NCBI GenBank assembly: GCA_049317285.1
Contig: JBMOIO010000004.1
Location: 2,994 to 66,993, forward strand
DNA length: 64,000 nt
DNA from: Minisyncoccia bacterium
GTDB lineage: Bacteria > Patescibacteriota > Minisyncoccia > Phycocordibacterales > UBA9973
Reading direction: 5' to 3'
Shown: positions 60,532 to 64,000 of the stretch, piece after piece
How the letters are laid out: every line of letters starts with the position of its first letter
How positions within the stretch are numbered: position 1 is the first letter of the stretch
The notes under the pieces: model-generated
What the model was told of the DNA's origin: nothing
Seen by the model: the letters and a program-made list of their open reading frames with translations, nothing else
Database searches by the model: none
Program-made: the position numbers and the translations under genes

Positions 60532-61536
60532 ATGGAACACCACAACAAAGTAACCCCATACTTTTTCTTTATTACGCTCGGTACGCTGATTGCGCTTATC
60601 ACGAGCGTATCAGCATTTTTAAATCTGGTATTTGAAACACTCAACCATGTTTTCCCCGATATCCTTACTGAATCGTATGTTTCTGGATACTATTCATACT
60701 CGTTTGATGCTATCCGCACACCGCTTTCGCTGTTGATTATTGTCTTTCCTCTCTATCTTATATTGGAGCGCTTGTGGCGCAAGGCATCAGAGTCGAAATT
60801 ATCAGAGTGGAGTGACACGCTTCGCAAGTGGGCGCTGTACCTTGTCTTATTCTTAACAAGCGTGACCGTGATTGCTGACTTGGTAACATTGGTCCGCTAT
60901 TTTGTGAGCGGAGAAATCACTACACGCTTTATTTTGAAAGTTGTTATCGTACTTATCACAGCCGGTATGGTGGGGTGGTACTATATCCGTCGTTTGCGAA
61001 AGCCAGCTCCTGGTCATTGCGATATGTGGTTGATGATAAAAAGTATTGTCCTTGTACTTGGGGCAATCATTTGGGCATTTACCGTCATTGGGGGTCCAGG
61101 AAGTCAGCGTACACTTCGTCTTGATCAGCGAAGACTCGACGACCTTCAAGCAATCCAGTGGGCTGTAATCAACTACTGGCAGCAAAGCGAAACACTCCCT
61201 GCAGACTTATCCGCGCTTTCAACACCGCTTTCAGGGTACAAAGCGCCTGTTGATCCTGAGTTCCAAAAAGGAGCTGTGTATGAATACCGCGTAGTGGATG
61301 CAAAAACTAATTCCTTTGAATTGTGTGCAACCTTTACAGCAGCTTTGCCAAAAGGGTGGGTAAGTAATGGGGCAGGTGGAGCATATCCAATGCGCGACAG
61401 TGCTACTTCTGTCAGTTCTGCATTTCCTGCAAATGCACCCAATGAGGTGTGGGCACATGATGCGGGACGCACTTGTTTTACCCGAACCATCGACCCAGTA
61501 TTTTATCCGCCGTTTCCTAAAGAGGAAAAACGCTAA
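60532..61536 (+). CDS. DUF5671-like membrane protein (N-terminal multi-TM domain plus C-terminal soluble domain)
   Basis: Four N-terminal TM helices with a layout common in CPR DUF5671 proteins. Confidence 0.5.
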   Translation: MEHHNKVTPYFFFITLGTLIALITSVSAFLNLVFETLNHVFPDILTESYVSGYYSYSFDAIRTPLSLLIIVFPLYLILERLWRKASESKLSEWSDTLRKWALYLVLFLTSVTVIADLVTLVRYFVSGEITTRFILKVVIVLITAGMVGWYYIRRLRKPAPGHCDMWLMIKSIVLVLGAIIWAFTVIGGPGSQRTLRLDQRRLDDLQAIQWAVINYWQQSETLPADLSALSTPLSGYKAPVDPEFQKGAVYEYRVVDAKTNSFELCATFTAALPKGWVSNGAGGAYPMRDSATSVSSAFPANAPNEVWAHDAGRTCFTRTIDPVFYPPFPKEEKR

Positions 61537-61544
61537 AGTAAACA

Positions 61545-61580
61545 AAAACCGCCCAAAAATTTACCAGGCGGTTTTTGTTT
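61545..61580 (+). terminator. rho-independent terminator
   Basis: AAAAACCGCCcaaaaatttaccagGCGGTTTTTGTTT. Confidence 0.6.
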
Positions 61581-61615
61581 GCCGTAGCCGTGGATTTATG
61601 GAACAATGAACTTCT

Positions 61616-64000
61616 ATGAAGCCCACTGCGTACGACCACAACGCTATAGAGAAGAAATGGCAAAAAACGTGGGAAAGTGCTGAAACCTATAAGACCGAGA
61701 CTGGAACTAAGAAGAAAAAGCACTATGTGCTGGATATGTTCCCGTACCCGTCCGGGGTAGGACTTCATGTAGGGCACCCTCGTGGCTATATCGGAAGCGA
61801 TGTCTATGCCCGACAAAAGCGCATGGAAGGGTTCAATGTCCTTCATCCGATGGGGTTTGACTCCTTTGGTCTTCCGGCCGAGCAGTACGCTATTGCAACT
61901 GGAAAAAACCCTGCCGTATTTACTGAAAAGCTTGTGGCACAGTATAAAACCCAACTCTCTATTATGGGGCTCTCCTATGACTGGTCGCGCGAAGTGTCCA
62001 CCCACCGGCCCGAATACTACAAATGGACCCAATGGATATTTCTTCAGCTGTTTGACGCATGGTATGACACAAAGAAAAATACAGCGCGTCCGATAAGTGA
62101 CCTTGTTACACTTTTTTCGAAGAGCGGAAACAAGAATATTAGTGCAGTAGTTGATCAGCAGACTCCAATTTTTTCTGCAATAGAGTGGGCTGCATTTTCA
62201 AAAAAAGAGCGCCAAGAAATGCTCATGAAATACCGCCTTGCCTATGAGGGTTATGCAGAAGTGAATTGGTGTCAAGAATTGGGCACAGTGCTTGCAAACG
62301 ACGAGATTGTTGATGGCCCAAAAGGACCAGTCTCTGAACGAGGAGGTTTCCCTGTCATAAAGAAGTCTATGCGACAGTGGTTTATGCGCATTACTGCATA
62401 CGCGGACCGTCTTGCAGCAGACCTTAATACACTCGATTGGCCTAATAATATAAAAGAGATTCAAAAAAACTGGATCGGAAAAAGCGAGGGAAGCGAAATT
62501 ACCTTTGAATTGTTTTCAAAAAACGATGGGCATAGCGTGGGAGATATGAAAGTCTTTACAACGCGCGCCGACACGTTGTTTGGGGTGACGTATGTTGTAT
62601 TTGCACCGGAGCACGCAGATGTTGAAGGGTTGAGAGAATATATCACTAACTGGAAATCAGTTGAAGCATATATCAAAAAAATAACTCAGAAAGATGTGCA
62701 AGAGCGCACCGCTGAAGGAAAAGAAAAAACCGGCATAGTGCTGGAGGGTTTGTACGCAATTAATCCTGCAAACGGCGAAGCGGTTCCAGTATGGATTGCC
62801 GACTATGTGCTCGCAAGCTATGGAACAGGTGCGGTGATGGCGGTGCCTGCTCACGACGAGCGCGATTTTGAATTCGCCAGAAAATATCATGTCTCGATCA
62901 AGAGAGTGATCAATGATGACATGAACAAGGGTAATGTTCCGCGAGAATACCGAAATGATCTAAACAACTATATTGAAAACATTGCAACAGCGAAAGACTT
63001 TTGTTTTACCGGATATGGAATACTCGTCAATTCAGGAGAATTCAACGGTCTTACCTCTGAAGAAGCAAAGAAAAAAATTACAGAATATGTGGGCGGGCGC
63101 ATTGTCACTAAGTACAAAATGCGAGACGCGATTTTTGCGCGACAACGCTACTGGGGAGAGCCGATTCCGCTTCGTTCAGCGCCTGATAGCACAGTAGAGC
63201 CTTTGAAAGAAAAGGAACTGCCATTGATACTTCCAAAAGTGAAATCATATGAGCCAACTGGAACAGGCGAGAGCCCACTTGCCTCTATTAAATCGTGGAC
63301 GAAAGAGGGGTACGAGACTAATACGATGCCGGGATGGGCGGGCTCTTCATGGTACTTCCTTCGCTATATGGACCCGCAGAACACAAAGGTATTTGCTGGT
63401 AAAAAAATGCTCGACTATTGGAAAGAGGTGGATATGTATGTTGGCGGGGCAGAGCACGCGACAGGACACCTCTTGTATTCGCGTTTTTGGCACAAATTCC
63501 TCTATGACATGAAGTATGTCCCTGTAAAAGAGCCGTTTAAAGCGCTTCGAAATCAGGGAATGATAGGTGGTGCCGACGGCCGAAAGATGAGCAAGCGATG
63601 GGGAAATGTGATTAACCCGGACGACGTGGTGAAAACCTACGGCGCCGACAGCTTGCGCGTATTTGAGATGTTTCTCGGACCGTTTGATGCGCATTTGCCA
63701 TGGAGCACTGATGGCATCATGGGTGCACGGCGTTTTATCGAACGTGTCTGGAGACTAGGGAATAAGCTTTCGCAGAACAATGCAAAAAAGACTGATGCAA
63801 GCGCAGAAAAAGTACTTCATAAAACAATTAAAAAAGTGAGCGATGATATTGCATCGTTTTCTTTCAACACAGCAGTGTCTTCGATGATGATCTGTTTGAA
63901 TGAAATGGAAAAAGCTGAAACGATTTCAATAAAAGATTTTAAATTATTTTTACAAATACTCGCGCCATTTGCTCCGCATGTTACCGATGAGCTTTGGAAA
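61616..64000 (+). CDS. leuS: leucyl-tRNA synthetase, 5' partial (continues beyond the window)
   Basis: Hand-translated MKPTAYDHNAIEKKWQKTWESAETYK...PYPSGVGLHVGHPRGY (HIGH-type); open to the window end, so absent from the ORF track. Confidence 0.9.
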   Translation, partial: MKPTAYDHNAIEKKWQKTWESAETYKTETGTKKKKHYVLDMFPYPSGVGLHVGHPRGYIGSDVYARQKRMEGFNVLHPMGFDSFGLPAEQYAIATGKNPAVFTEKLVAQYKTQLSIMGLSYDWSREVSTHRPEYYKWTQWIFLQLFDAWYDTKKNTARPISDLVTLFSKSGNKNISAVVDQQTPIFSAIEWAAFSKKERQEMLMKYRLAYEGYAEVNWCQELGTVLANDEIVDGPKGPVSERGGFPVIKKSMRQWFMRITAYADRLAADLNTLDWPNNIKEIQKNWIGKSEGSEITFELFSKNDGHSVGDMKVFTTRADTLFGVTYVVFAPEHADVEGLREYITNWKSVEAYIKKITQKDVQERTAEGKEKTGIVLEGLYAINPANGEAVPVWIADYVLASYGTGAVMAVPAHDERDFEFARKYHVSIKRVINDDMNKGNVPREYRNDLNNYIENIATAKDFCFTGYGILVNSGEFNGLTSEEAKKKITEYVGGRIVTKYKMRDAIFARQRYWGEPIPLRSAPDSTVEPLKEKELPLILPKVKSYEPTGTGESPLASIKSWTKEGYETNTMPGWAGSSWYFLRYMDPQNTKVFAGKKMLDYWKEVDMYVGGAEHATGHLLYSRFWHKFLYDMKYVPVKEPFKALRNQGMIGGADGRKMSKRWGNVINPDDVVKTYGADSLRVFEMFLGPFDAHLPWSTDGIMGARRFIERVWRLGNKLSQNNAKKTDASAEKVLHKTIKKVSDDIASFSFNTAVSSMMICLNEMEKAETISIKDFKLFLQILAPFAPHVTDELWK

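Overview
This window is a gene-dense bacterial chromosome segment of about 48% GC that uses the standard genetic code (TAA, TGA and TAG all end obvious genes). The gene content and style look like a small-genome CPR/Patescibacteria (Parcubacteria-like) organism; that is an inference from the many small membrane proteins, a DUF5671 protein, a solitary SBP5 protein, Fe-S-less HhH-GPD glycosylases and basic low-complexity tails.

The housekeeping backbone consists of:
- a contiguous rpoB-rpoC-dnaG-rpoD block
- groES-groEL, rpsB-tsf, rpsP-KH-trmD and proS-mreB-mreC
- a uvrB/uvrA/nth/uvrC repair cluster
- rnj, rnr, htrA, secG, ddl and a partial leuS
- a tgt gene interrupted by a single in-frame TAA

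The accessory and unusual content is:
- a putative mannoside-metabolism cluster: a membrane-anchored HAD-IIB hydrolase, a PMI-like cupin, a GH130 phosphorylase and a GT4 fused to a large extra domain
- a GT2 processive synthase with a CxxC partner and a divergent DsbA
- two stand-alone GIY-YIG nuclease genes, one wedged against tRNA-Thr(TGT) with a partial tRNA duplication interrupted by a GC hairpin
- at least six copies of a roughly 100 nt intergenic hairpin repeat with a conserved core and co-varying flanking stems, two of them inside conserved operons
- a 36-bp tandem repeat upstream of rpoD
- an AT-rich decayed restriction-modification remnant (DNA methyltransferase N-terminal fragment) next to a 5'-truncated sppA
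- an orphan DinJ/RelB antitoxin preceded by about 440 nt of noncoding DNA that holds a terminator-ended candidate ncRNA

All calls rest on motif recognition by eye; no database searches were run.
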